From IMG/VR virus record IMGVR_UViG_3300005274_000001, positions 64,001 to 128,000 of that record: 64,000 bases of DNA; one strand, written 5' to 3'. A program made the position numbers and the translations under genes. How positions within the stretch are numbered: position 1 is the first letter of the stretch; each line of letters starts with the position of its first letter. Below are positions 48,157 to 57,628 of this stretch, piece after piece. The notes beneath the pieces were generated by a model. It had not been told where the DNA came from. It saw only the letters and a program-made list of their open reading frames with translations, and made no database searches. Source of the DNA: a virus.

Positions 48157-48760
48157 TTCAGAAACCTTTAAAACATATGCAGTTGTAGTAATTGAATCTC
48201 TGTGGCCTTCTAGAGAAGATTATAGAGGCGAAGGAGAAAATATCGTTTTTAGCAGCGGTGCTAAAAACTATGAGCTACTGAAATTTTCTCCTCTTCAGAG
48301 CAAGTATTCTGGTTATTACAAAATAATACCGCTAAACATTCTTAGCGTTAATACATCGTTTTCCAAAGAGGGTGGAAATTTTAATATTTCGTTTACAGCA
48401 AACAACCTGCTATTTTTATCGGATAGAGAACTTCCAGACAGGATAAAGAAAATACTGGAATCAACATCAACTAGACTAGAAAACTTTCCTATAGACCAAT
48501 TTCCCTTTTTAGAAAAGGTTTTGGTTGGCAATGACAAGTTAAGAGTTGGTTACATAACAAACTACAATGTTATATCTCAATTTATAAGAGAACTGGATAC
48601 TGTTTCAATCTATTTGGTGAATATAAAAGAAAATCTTTCAAACGATTTACTTCCTCTGTATATCGGTAAAAATCCTGGAAGGACAAAACAAGCTGAAGCA
48701 GCTCAATTAGCAGACAAAAAGAACAAAATTTTGGTTTCTCTCGGTATATCAAAAAAATGA
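48140..48760 (+). CDS. N-terminal part of probable baseplate hub protein (split at A7)
   Basis: Ends ISKK-stop inside an A7 run. Confidence 0.6.
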   Translation: MKDMFSSETFKTYAVVVIESLWPSREDYRGEGENIVFSSGAKNYELLKFSPLQSKYSGYYKIIPLNILSVNTSFSKEGGNFNISFTANNLLFLSDRELPDRIKKILESTSTRLENFPIDQFPFLEKVLVGNDKLRVGYITNYNVISQFIRELDTVSIYLVNIKENLSNDLLPLYIGKNPGRTKQAEAAQLADKKNKILVSLGISKK

Positions 48761-48761
48761 A

Positions 48762-51700
48762 TTGAAGTTTGTAGACGATGTTTTAAAGAGCAAAGACTTA
48801 AAAAACATGCTGTTTTACTACAGAAAATTTAGCTATCCTCTCATAATTAATAGATTCTTCAAGGCGTTAAACATTCATCTGTTTTCTCTTAATTCCGAAT
48901 TTAGAAATAAAATTTATCAACAAGAATTGAATAACGCAGAAACAGAGGACATAGAAAACTTTATAAATTTGTTTGGAAGAACGATTTTTGAGTACTACTT
49001 TAAGGATAGGAACGCTAGAAAGCAGATTAAATCTTGTATTGAATCTTACTATAAAGCAAATTCTGTTTTGAGCAAGTTAATTTCATGGACCGCTTTTGAA
49101 ACTTTACGGCTAAAGTTAAATGAATCTTTAGGCGTTTCTCCAGGTCTTTGCTTTTCTAGGAATTCCAAGGTAGAAGAAGAAAGAAAATTTAAAACAATAC
49201 TAAATGCCATAGTTATTGACAATTTCCTCTACGAATATGCAAACAAAGTTTTGGGGTCTGAAAGTCAGGAAGAGCTGGAGTTTGGTATTAATTTTATAAA
49301 CAATATCTTGGGAAACAACTTGTTCAGTCTTGAAGATTACTTGTTAGGTATACATAGCCTTCTATCGATATTCGTAAAAGACTTTTACAATACAGAATCA
49401 AACACAGAAGAAATAGAAATTAGCGATATTCAGGAAGAATTAACTATTAATAATTCTGGTGATGCGCTTAGTCTAGTCTTTCGTGGACATATAACAGACA
49501 TTTCAAGAAGTGTATCAATAAACGAAAACTCCTCTGATATAACTATCTCGATAAAAGGAAGAGATTTTAGTCATCCTCTAAGAAATCATGAAGTTTACGC
49601 TGACTATACTTCAATAAAATTTGCTGCACAGCCACTAGAAAACTATTCAGTAAAAATTTTAACACCCGTAGAAGCTGTGCTAAAAATAATGAACTCCTTT
49701 GCGCCACAAAAAATAAATATTTTAGAACTAGATAGAGAAACTTTTTTAACTTCTGTGATTTCCTCTAGAGGATTTGATACCTTTTACAACGCTGGTACAC
49801 AAAACATACTAATAAATCAAGGAAATGTTGTTGCACCTTCTTATGACGCTCAGTTTGACGAGCTTTCAATCTTTACACCTATTCACTACATCAGCTTAGA
49901 TTTCATACAAATGGTAAAAAATGCCTTTGATACTGAAGGAATCCTTCAAAAGTTTTTAGCAAATGTCAATGTTGATATTTCTGATGGTCCTCTATTCGAT
50001 GTTCTAAAAAGAGTTATATCCTCAAACTCTGCATATAGAATTTATGTTGATCACCTTGGTTATTTAAAAATAGAATATGAACCAGCACACATATCTTTTC
50101 CATTTTCACTAAGTCTTAATAGAGAAATAGATGACTACTACACATTTTCTATAGAACATTCTTCAAGCGAAAGCAACATAACTACTTTTGTAGAAGTGAT
50201 ACCAAAATCCTTTGGTACCAGCAGTCCAAGTTCTATGGGTATAGCTTCGCTTTATGGACGAAGCATACCTCCAACAATTCAGGAATTATACTCTACGATT
50301 GAATACATAGACAGCAACAAAGATAAATTTGTTGAATTTCTTTCTGAAGCAGTTAAATTGTTAGATAACAAACTTAAAGACCATCTTATACAAAGAGAGG
50401 GCGAATACGAAAAAGAAGTTTTTAATGAACTTAACAAATTAAATACCTTTATAAACCAACAAAACAACAATGACTTGTTCTCTGCTCTTCGTGGTCTTAC
50501 AAAAAAGGAATCTGTATCTCAGCAGATATCCTCCATAGATATAGTTACTGAAACCACTTACAGAGAAGATTTTTGTACTGGAGAAAAAATACCAAATACC
50601 TCTTACACCATACAAGAATCCACGAAAACTATACAAACACAAGTTGAGGTTCCAATTAACCTGTTTAAACCGGAAGTTTTATCCAACATATTTAATGTTG
50701 GTAGAATAGATGAAAAATTTTTCTATACAAATGTAGATCACGAATACTATAAGCTTTTTGCCAAATCTTTTGCTACACTAAATGAATATTATGTAAACAA
50801 AATTGCTTTATTAAACGATATCTGTCCAAAACTTAACGCTATCGCAAGAACAAAGTTTAAACTTTCTTCCTCTGCTAATGTTTGTTTTGAAGAAAACTTA
50901 GATGTTTTGTCAAGTCTAATGGTTCTTGGTGCGAAATTTGAGCTTTACGGAAAAACAGATAGAGAGAACGCTACTTTAGGAAATTTAATTACAAACATAA
51001 TTAACTCAATTAGAATAAAATCTTCTGAAAATATTTTCAAGATTAACTTGTCAAAAGTTGATGAAAATAAAAATCAAACAATAAGTTATCTTAAAGACTT
51101 TTACGCATATTTTATACCGTTTTCAGATATATCTAATGTAGTAAAAAACGAAAACAATATACTCAAGAACCTTTCACCAGACCTGTTTATATACGGCCTA
51201 AGAAGAAAAACATTTTCTGATGCTTTTATATCTGTGGTAGATTCGCTAAGGAATGAAGAAAGGATTTCTGCTAAGCGTGCTGAAATTATAAGAAAGCTAA
51301 ACTCTAAACCAATAAACACAGCAAAAGTTTCTGTTTTAGGCCATAATTACTTTGTCGGCTATACTACTCTACTAATAAATGAAAAACTACCTCCACTAAA
51401 CGATGCCTTTATTTCACAAAAAACTTTGAACGATATAAATGATGACGCTAAATTCGTCAAAGATAAGGAAAACCTAATCATTTACATCAACGAAAAAGTT
51501 TTAACAAAAAGATTTTCAGAAATCTACAATAAATTATTGCCGCAAATACCTGGCTATAATCCTCCTTCAAAGGTTGATGAAGAAACAATAATAAACTACT
51601 TCACAGAGGGTATTAAGTTTATTCTTAGTTTTAACTATGACTATGTTCCCTATCAGTATTGGGTACCTCTTTGGGGTGTTTATACCAAAGAAAGCCTAGA

Positions 51701-52184
51701 AAACATAAATCTAGGAGATTATGTCAAAATTTTGCTAACTGAGCTTTTGTACCACGTTCCCGAAAAACAGCAAGATTCTTCAGAATATTCTGAACTGCTA
51801 TTCAGATTTATATCAAACAATCAACAATATATGCATATATATCAAGAATATGTAAAACCGCAAAATTACCTAGTAGCTCAAGGACACATAGAAAATGTTG
51901 AGCACTCTTGGTCTTTAGGAAGTGTTTACACCACAAATGTTGGGCTTAACTATCTCCTTCCAGCTATTTATACATACCTTCCACTAGGAAAAAAGAAAAT
52001 AATTATCGGATATGTGGTTATAGACTCTCCCCTTTCCAAGTTCAATGAGTCTGGTCAGTATAACAAGTTCTTGAAAGATGAAGAATTTTTTAAGTACTTT
52101 AGACTTTTGAAGCGACTTTATCTGAATTTCTACGAAAACGAATTAAATTTCGTAAAAAATAACGCAGTACTAAGTTTACTGTAG
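48762..52184 (+). CDS. Large probable baseplate hub (gp27/VgrG-like pattern) protein, C-terminal part
   Basis: LVFRGHITDISRSV, ISIKGRD, IYVDHLGYL, GHIENVEHSW strand patterns; TTG start without SD. Confidence 0.55.
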   Translation: MKFVDDVLKSKDLKNMLFYYRKFSYPLIINRFFKALNIHLFSLNSEFRNKIYQQELNNAETEDIENFINLFGRTIFEYYFKDRNARKQIKSCIESYYKANSVLSKLISWTAFETLRLKLNESLGVSPGLCFSRNSKVEEERKFKTILNAIVIDNFLYEYANKVLGSESQEELEFGINFINNILGNNLFSLEDYLLGIHSLLSIFVKDFYNTESNTEEIEISDIQEELTINNSGDALSLVFRGHITDISRSVSINENSSDITISIKGRDFSHPLRNHEVYADYTSIKFAAQPLENYSVKILTPVEAVLKIMNSFAPQKINILELDRETFLTSVISSRGFDTFYNAGTQNILINQGNVVAPSYDAQFDELSIFTPIHYISLDFIQMVKNAFDTEGILQKFLANVNVDISDGPLFDVLKRVISSNSAYRIYVDHLGYLKIEYEPAHISFPFSLSLNREIDDYYTFSIEHSSSESNITTFVEVIPKSFGTSSPSSMGIASLYGRSIPPTIQELYSTIEYIDSNKDKFVEFLSEAVKLLDNKLKDHLIQREGEYEKEVFNELNKLNTFINQQNNNDLFSALRGLTKKESVSQQISSIDIVTETTYREDFCTGEKIPNTSYTIQESTKTIQTQVEVPINLFKPEVLSNIFNVGRIDEKFFYTNVDHEYYKLFAKSFATLNEYYVNKIALLNDICPKLNAIARTKFKLSSSANVCFEENLDVLSSLMVLGAKFELYGKTDRENATLGNLITNIINSIRIKSSENIFKINLSKVDENKNQTISYLKDFYAYFIPFSDISNVVKNENNILKNLSPDLFIYGLRRKTFSDAFISVVDSLRNEERISAKRAEIIRKLNSKPINTAKVSVLGHNYFVGYTTLLINEKLPPLNDAFISQKTLNDINDDAKFVKDKENLIIYINEKVLTKRFSEIYNKLLPQIPGYNPPSKVDEETIINYFTEGIKFILSFNYDYVPYQYWVPLWGVYTKESLENINLGDYVKILLTELLYHVPEKQQDSSEYSELLFRFISNNQQYMHIYQEYVKPQNYLVAQGHIENVEHSWSLGSVYTTNVGLNYLLPAIYTYLPLGKKKIIIGYVVIDSPLSKFNESGQYNKFLKDEEFFKYFRLLKRLYLNFYENELNFVKNNAVLSLL

Positions 52185-52209
52185 GTTGTTGTGGTAGAAT
52201 AATGAGGAT

Positions 52210-52734
52210 ATGAAGGAAAAACACAAGACAATGTTAAACTTTGAAGAGGGCGTTCAAAAAAACGAATTTTCGTTTGGTGCTTATAAGTTGGTTGCTAGAG
52301 TTCCAACTCTTTTCGAAGAATCTAAAATTTTTCTTAAGAGGTTCGAGATTTTTAAAAAGTTTTTGAACGAAGATGAAGATTTCAAAAACTATTTTAGCGA
52401 TATAACTGTAAAAGAGCTGAAAATAAATGACGAAGGTAAACCAGAAATAGTCGATGTTCCTTTTGATCCCAAAAAGCAAGACCACATTGAACATGTGTTC
52501 AACAATTATCTAGGAGAAGAGTACAGAGAACTTATTAACAGATTAGCCTATCTTGATGTCGTTATAGAAAAAATTTATAGAGGAGAAGAAGAGCTTCGTG
52601 GAAAGTTTTCCGATTTATTCTTTTTCCAGCCAACAAGCGGTCTTCATTTAAGAGAGATATTTAACCTTTCTGAAGAAATTATCAACTGGATTAACTCAGT
52701 AAATGAGGTTGACCCTTTTTTGTCAAAAAATTAA
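52210..52734 (+). CDS. Tail assembly chaperone-like protein (G form)
   Basis: Acidic 174 aa, ARVPT motif, ends on slippery heptamers. Confidence 0.6.
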   Translation: MKEKHKTMLNFEEGVQKNEFSFGAYKLVARVPTLFEESKIFLKRFEIFKKFLNEDEDFKNYFSDITVKELKINDEGKPEIVDVPFDPKKQDHIEHVFNNYLGEEYRELINRLAYLDVVIEKIYRGEEELRGKFSDLFFFQPTSGLHLREIFNLSEEIINWINSVNEVDPFLSKN

Positions 52735-53255
52735 TATCTGAAGATATTCATCTAAATGCTATAATAAATGCTTACTTCTCTTCATTCTCTGTTCCGGCAA
52801 TTGATTCGTCAATAAAAGCAGACATAAAATCTCTAGCAGAAGGTGGAAGTATTAGTCAGCCTTTATTTCTTCCCCTTTTAAAACCTTATGAAAAATATTT
52901 TCCTCTTAATACTCTAACAAAAGGAAAGCTAAATTTGATTCTTGGAATAGAGTTTTATTTCGGAAGGCAAAAAACTTTGGCGTTATACCTTTTGTCAACA
53001 AAAAACAAGAAGCTTAAAGAATTAGTTGAAGCTGCATCGAGATTAAAGATTTTGAAGGACAAAAGTCTTGGGCTTCACGAAGAGATAGCGGAAAAAGGTT
53101 TATCAAAACTGGATGAAATATTGATGGAAATCGAAAAGTTAGATATAAAAGTAAAAACGCTTTTAGCAGAAGTTTCTTCTGACAAGTCTTTGCAAAATGA
53201 GTTAGGGGTTGGAGGAGAAGAATTGAAAACTATGATTGAAGAATTTATAGCCTGA
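52713..53255 (+). CDS. -1 frameshift extension (GT form), includes track ORF 52935-53255
   Basis: -1 frame is stop-free from 52713 to 53252. Confidence 0.7.
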   Translation, partial: PFFVKKLISEDIHLNAIINAYFSSFSVPAIDSSIKADIKSLAEGGSISQPLFLPLLKPYEKYFPLNTLTKGKLNLILGIEFYFGRQKTLALYLLSTKNKKLKELVEAASRLKILKDKSLGLHEEIAEKGLSKLDEILMEIEKLDIKVKTLLAEVSSDKSLQNELGVGGEELKTMIEEFIA

Positions 53256-54312
53256 GATCAAACTGCTCTTCTGTAAAAGAATTTTGGGCAAACTTTCTAT
53301 TTACAGCGTCTATGTAAAAGGTTCTAAAACCATCCTTTACTACTGATTCTTCGTATATTTCTATGTGTTCTTTTAATTTTTCTACAAATACACTATCAAC
53401 TGATATGGTAACTATTTTGTTTTTAGTTTCATATTTATTGTTCCTAGGTGAATATAGAAACTTTATTCTATCAAGATATTTAGCAATAGAAGCTACATCT
53501 GAATCAACATTTAAATATTTTCCTCTCCCCACTCTTTTGTAACCTAAAAGAAGAATTCCCAAATCAATATTCGAAGTATAAGGAAATTCTTCGCCTACAA
53601 GTTTGTAGTTTTTATATTTGGCAACATATATTTTTCTTATAATTTTCTTCAAACTTTCTTGATCTTTGAAGTGTATTCCCTCAATTAAGTGAATCTTTAT
53701 TTTGAATTTTATGTCAAATATTGGACTATCTAAATTGAGCAAATCTAACAGATTGTAATTCTTTATTTTGTTTTTTTCTTTCCTTATGATTTTCTCTATT
53801 TTGGATGTAAATGGATACAATCTAAAAATGTAAAAATCTTCTATGTTACTTAACAATTTTTTTACTTCACCGTATTCTTTTCCTGGTGTTGGACTGAAAC
53901 CGACACCTATGGAAAACGAAAATTCTGCACCATTTGAATTTAAGTAGTACTGCAAGTAATTTTCTTTATTGCTTTTAACTTCTTCAAAAAGCCTAAGAAG
54001 ATTTCTGTAACTAAATATGTCTTGTGCAAAATTCAAATTCTTGGTAGTTAGAGAAAAGAACAACCTTCTCTTTATTGTTTCAAGAAACACATCAAATATA
54101 TAGGGATATTGTGTTGGTTCTCCTCCACCAACAACTACTTCCAACACATCGTTTTCATTAAGAAAATCTAGAACTTTTTTTATGTACTCAAAATCAGCAT
54201 GTTTTCCAGTAATCTTAGAGTTCTGGTAGCAAAAAGGGCAACCATAATCACAATAGTTGGTTACTTTTAGGTCAACGCTTATTGCCTGGTTTTTGATGTT
54301 TTGTAGGTTCAT
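53245..54312 (-). CDS. Radical SAM protein
   Basis: TNYCDYGCPFCY (CxxxCxxC), GGGEPT, SLTT. Confidence 0.9.
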   Translation of the reverse strand: MNLQNIKNQAISVDLKVTNYCDYGCPFCYQNSKITGKHADFEYIKKVLDFLNENDVLEVVVGGGEPTQYPYIFDVFLETIKRRLFFSLTTKNLNFAQDIFSYRNLLRLFEEVKSNKENYLQYYLNSNGAEFSFSIGVGFSPTPGKEYGEVKKLLSNIEDFYIFRLYPFTSKIEKIIRKEKNKIKNYNLLDLLNLDSPIFDIKFKIKIHLIEGIHFKDQESLKKIIRKIYVAKYKNYKLVGEEFPYTSNIDLGILLLGYKRVGRGKYLNVDSDVASIAKYLDRIKFLYSPRNNKYETKNKIVTISVDSVFVEKLKEHIEIYEESVVKDGFRTFYIDAVNRKFAQNSFTEEQFDLRL

Positions 54313-55274
54313 CTTAGATCTCCACCTCCCAACTCGTAAATCGCATAAATGTTTTCTTGCGGATCATATAAAACTAATTCATTTCCTTTTCTGGAAGATA
54401 TTGAGAAATTAACATTCTTCGCTTTTCCTAAGGCATTAACCTCTCTATGAAAAACATTAGTTTCTAGGTTATTTTGTCTTTCTGTTATGATGTCTAGAAC
54501 GATGTCTTTAAAAATAGCTTTTCTATTTCTTTTGTGTGGCTTAGAATTTCCATAAACTTTAGAAATTGCTACTTCATTTGTTAAACTTTTTCCCAAAAAT
54601 GAATATTCTTCCTCTTCGTATACTAGAAGTAGTGTTTTTACTCTTTTCTTTAGTTCTCTGTAATTATCCAAAATCGCTTCTTCGTCAAAATTATATGTTT
54701 TTCTATCTATCACAGGATTAAACAGTATTTTTAAGTAGTTGGCGTATATGTAAAGAGGAAAATTTAGTGTGGAAAACTTTGCAATAAATAGATTTCCTTC
54801 TTTCTTCATTTCCTCCAAATAAATATTTACAAATTCATTTCCAGGAAGAAGAACATCTCCTATTTTTCTAAGTATTTTGTATATCCTATTTTCCACAGAA
54901 TCCTTTTTTACCTTTTTAAACTTGTGATAAAAGTCAGATATTTCAATAAATGATTCAACCGCTAAAACAAGCAGAAGAAAGTTCCTTATCTTTTCATTTT
55001 CATTGACCAAATAAGCTACGAAATCTTCTTCAAGCCTATTTAAATAATTAAATGAAGCACCTTTTAATTCTTTCTTAAAGATTTCGTAGTTTGAAAGCTT
55101 TTTGATGAAACTACTAGATTTCTCATCTTCCTTTATGAACAAAAGCAAATCACCATAAAACACATCATCGAAGGAAGAATCTTTATCTGAAGGTATAACT
55201 AGCATAGAAGCAGAAGAAGAATTTGTCATGCTGGTAAGTCTTATTTCTTTTAGCCTTCTCATGCTCTTCTTCAC
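54309..55274 (-). CDS. Hypothetical protein with N-terminal R-x-x-x-x-TNSSS motif
   Basis: IRLTSMTNSSSASM; ATGA overlap with radical SAM gene. Confidence 0.75.
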   Translation of the reverse strand: MKKSMRRLKEIRLTSMTNSSSASMLVIPSDKDSSFDDVFYGDLLLFIKEDEKSSSFIKKLSNYEIFKKELKGASFNYLNRLEEDFVAYLVNENEKIRNFLLLVLAVESFIEISDFYHKFKKVKKDSVENRIYKILRKIGDVLLPGNEFVNIYLEEMKKEGNLFIAKFSTLNFPLYIYANYLKILFNPVIDRKTYNFDEEAILDNYRELKKRVKTLLLVYEEEEYSFLGKSLTNEVAISKVYGNSKPHKRNRKAIFKDIVLDIITERQNNLETNVFHREVNALGKAKNVNFSISSRKGNELVLYDPQENIYAIYELGGGDLR

Positions 55275-55277
55275 CTC

Positions 55278-55916
55278 CTAAAAAAACTCCACCTTTTCAG
55301 CATCTAAAGTTATCGCTTTGTGAGCCTCCAAAAATTCTACTACTTGGTATATATCTTCAAAGTGTTTAATCAGTTTAACCTCGTTATGAGGTATTGGAAT
55401 GAATATTCCTTTAACATTTAAACTTTTAATGCTAAATTCGCCAAAAGTGTAGAGATTTATATACAAAAACACCTCATCTGTCAACGAAAAGCTAGGTAAA
55501 TTTAAAAATACCAAAGAGTGAAGAGTAATTATCTCAACATCTTTACTTCCATCTAATTTTTCTGGTAAGTACTTAATTGCTATAAAATTTTTTGCTATCA
55601 ACGAAAACAAATCATAATCTAATACATCTACTGCCAAAACAAAATCTGCAGATTGTGTATTGTTAAACTTTTCTTTTACAAAACTGTTTGAAAATTTTAC
55701 CGCTGAAATCCAGCTTTCGTAAAATTCTAAAAACGGATTTTTCTTTTCGCTAATTGTAGAAACAATGTAGCTTGAAGTTATATTTAATCTAAACTTATAA
55801 AACCCCAAATTTGTGTTTTTAACTTTAACATCTTTTTCATTAATTGCATCTATTGCTGCTTCTAAAAACTTTTTTAATTTTTCTCTATCGTTTTTCAGAA
55901 CGCCTGGTACTTTCAC
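55278..55916 (-). CDS. Hypothetical protein resembling array members (ends VEFF), leaderless GTG
   Basis: TTGACA-N17-TAAGGT-N6-GTG (55951-55923). Confidence 0.75.
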   Translation of the reverse strand: MKVPGVLKNDREKLKKFLEAAIDAINEKDVKVKNTNLGFYKFRLNITSSYIVSTISEKKNPFLEFYESWISAVKFSNSFVKEKFNNTQSADFVLAVDVLDYDLFSLIAKNFIAIKYLPEKLDGSKDVEIITLHSLVFLNLPSFSLTDEVFLYINLYTFGEFSIKSLNVKGIFIPIPHNEVKLIKHFEDIYQVVEFLEAHKAITLDAEKVEFF

Positions 55917-55986
55917 ACCACAACCTTACCACACCGTGTCTTTGGTGTCAAGCCATTGCGCTGATGGAAGATGCTAAAATAAAGCT

Positions 55987-56532
55987 ATGACAAACACTTT
56001 AAATTTGCTAGCAAAGGAAGTTGCCAATAGATTGGGATTTCTTTACTTGAACACAAAAGATTTACATCACAAACTTGAACCTGTTAAATTTTTTGTTTCA
56101 AGATATTTAGAAGACAGAGTAATAGACGAAGAAGACATAGAGTTTCTAACTTCTAGCTACGAAGACTTTCCTTCCTCAAACCTTTTGAGAACTGAAAGCA
56201 CTTTTTTAATTCAAAGCTTTTCTGATTTGGCTGGTTTTGCAGAAGAACTAGAATTGTCGTTATCAAATATTGCTTCACCTTCATCTCTTATAAGGATAGA
56301 TAACTATTCAAAAATAATAACTGTTGATGACATTGAAATAATGTTCTATGCTATAGAGGATTATGAACATGTTCTTTTGCCTTATTTTTTGTTTTTTCTT
56401 CTTGTAAGTATCAATAATGTTGAAGACGTTGTAGATAGTAAGTTAGAACCATCTTCTATAAATAAAGAAGACTTTAGAAAGTTCTCAAAAGAAACAAAAC
56501 AAAAAACCAATCTTCTTGCAAAATTATTGTGA
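55987..56532 (+). CDS. Hypothetical protein, leaderless
   Basis: TG-C-TAAAAT-N6-ATG. Confidence 0.8.
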   Translation: MTNTLNLLAKEVANRLGFLYLNTKDLHHKLEPVKFFVSRYLEDRVIDEEDIEFLTSSYEDFPSSNLLRTESTFLIQSFSDLAGFAEELELSLSNIASPSSLIRIDNYSKIITVDDIEIMFYAIEDYEHVLLPYFLFFLLVSINNVEDVVDSKLEPSSINKEDFRKFSKETKQKTNLLAKLL

Positions 56533-56570
56533 AGGACAGTTCAAAAATTTGAAATAAAATGAAGTAGAGT

Positions 56571-57200
56571 ATGGAAATTATAGCCAAAGAATATTACAAA
56601 TTGGGAGAGAACCTTCTTTTTGTTATTAGGGGATTTACTAATGATGTAAGCTTAACAATACAAACAATAAAGTCTGGAAAATATATTTTTCGTAACACTT
56701 TTGGTTGGACAACATCTGATACACAAACCTCAACAACTTTTCTTTTTTCTGACGCATTAGACGATAACGGAACTAAGTATTTTATCATAGAAATACCAAA
56801 GGAAAGTTTATTAAAAAACGATATCTACAAGTTATTTGTTGATGATGGTAACACACAAACAGAAAAGTTTGTTTTTGTTGGAGATTCTTTTACTTCTCCA
56901 CCGAAAATAAATGTTTATGGCAATTTATATGATGCACTTGGTAGACCAGTTTCATCTACAACGCTTACATTTAGCGTTCTTAATCCTGTTGGTCATTTTG
57001 ATAACTCTCCAATTACCAGTATGAGCGCTTCTACAACAACAGATGAAAACGGATATTTTTCAATTCTTCTAAACAAAAATTACAATTATGTTGTTGTCGT
57101 TCCAGAGCTAAATTACAGAAAAGTTGTAAAGCTTTCTGAACTTCCTAATAATGTTACTTCTGTAGAACTTGTCTTTGGAGAGGTAAGTAATCTATGTTAA
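56571..57200 (+). CDS. Virion protein with prealbumin/carboxypeptidase-regulatory-like beta domain
   Basis: VYGNLYDALGRPV...TTDENGYFSI. Confidence 0.55.
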   Translation: MEIIAKEYYKLGENLLFVIRGFTNDVSLTIQTIKSGKYIFRNTFGWTTSDTQTSTTFLFSDALDDNGTKYFIIEIPKESLLKNDIYKLFVDDGNTQTEKFVFVGDSFTSPPKINVYGNLYDALGRPVSSTTLTFSVLNPVGHFDNSPITSMSASTTTDENGYFSILLNKNYNYVVVVPELNYRKVVKLSELPNNVTSVELVFGEVSNLC

Positions 57201-57583
57201 AAGTCTTAAAAATTGAATTATCTAACTTGTTTACAAGACCCTTAGAGGGGGCAAAGATAGAAATTTATCCTTATCCAACAAAGGTTTATTATTTGCAGGA
57301 CAATAGAAGAATATATTTGCCTAGCGTTGTTGCTTATTTGACAGCAAACCAATGGGGCAACGCTGAAACTCAATTAGTGCCCAACGATTTGCTTAGTCCT
57401 TCTCCCAACTTTTATGTAGTAAAAGTTATGTATAAAGGAAGAATTTACTATTTTGTAGCAAAAATAACTAGTGATATGGATGATATTGTTTATCTACACG
57501 ATGTAGTTATAAATAAAGAAGAAGAATGCGAAAATCAACAAAGTCTTCCTTATAGGATACTTGGTAATAACTATTACATCTGA
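57194..57583 (+). CDS. Small virion protein, similar beta domain
   Basis: RPLEGAKI...TANQWGNA...LVPND. Confidence 0.55.
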   Translation: MLKVLKIELSNLFTRPLEGAKIEIYPYPTKVYYLQDNRRIYLPSVVAYLTANQWGNAETQLVPNDLLSPSPNFYVVKVMYKGRIYYFVAKITSDMDDIVYLHDVVINKEEECENQQSLPYRILGNNYYI

Positions 57584-57628
57584 ATAAAAACAAAAAGCAA
57601 ATTTTAAAATTGAATAAGGAGGCATATT

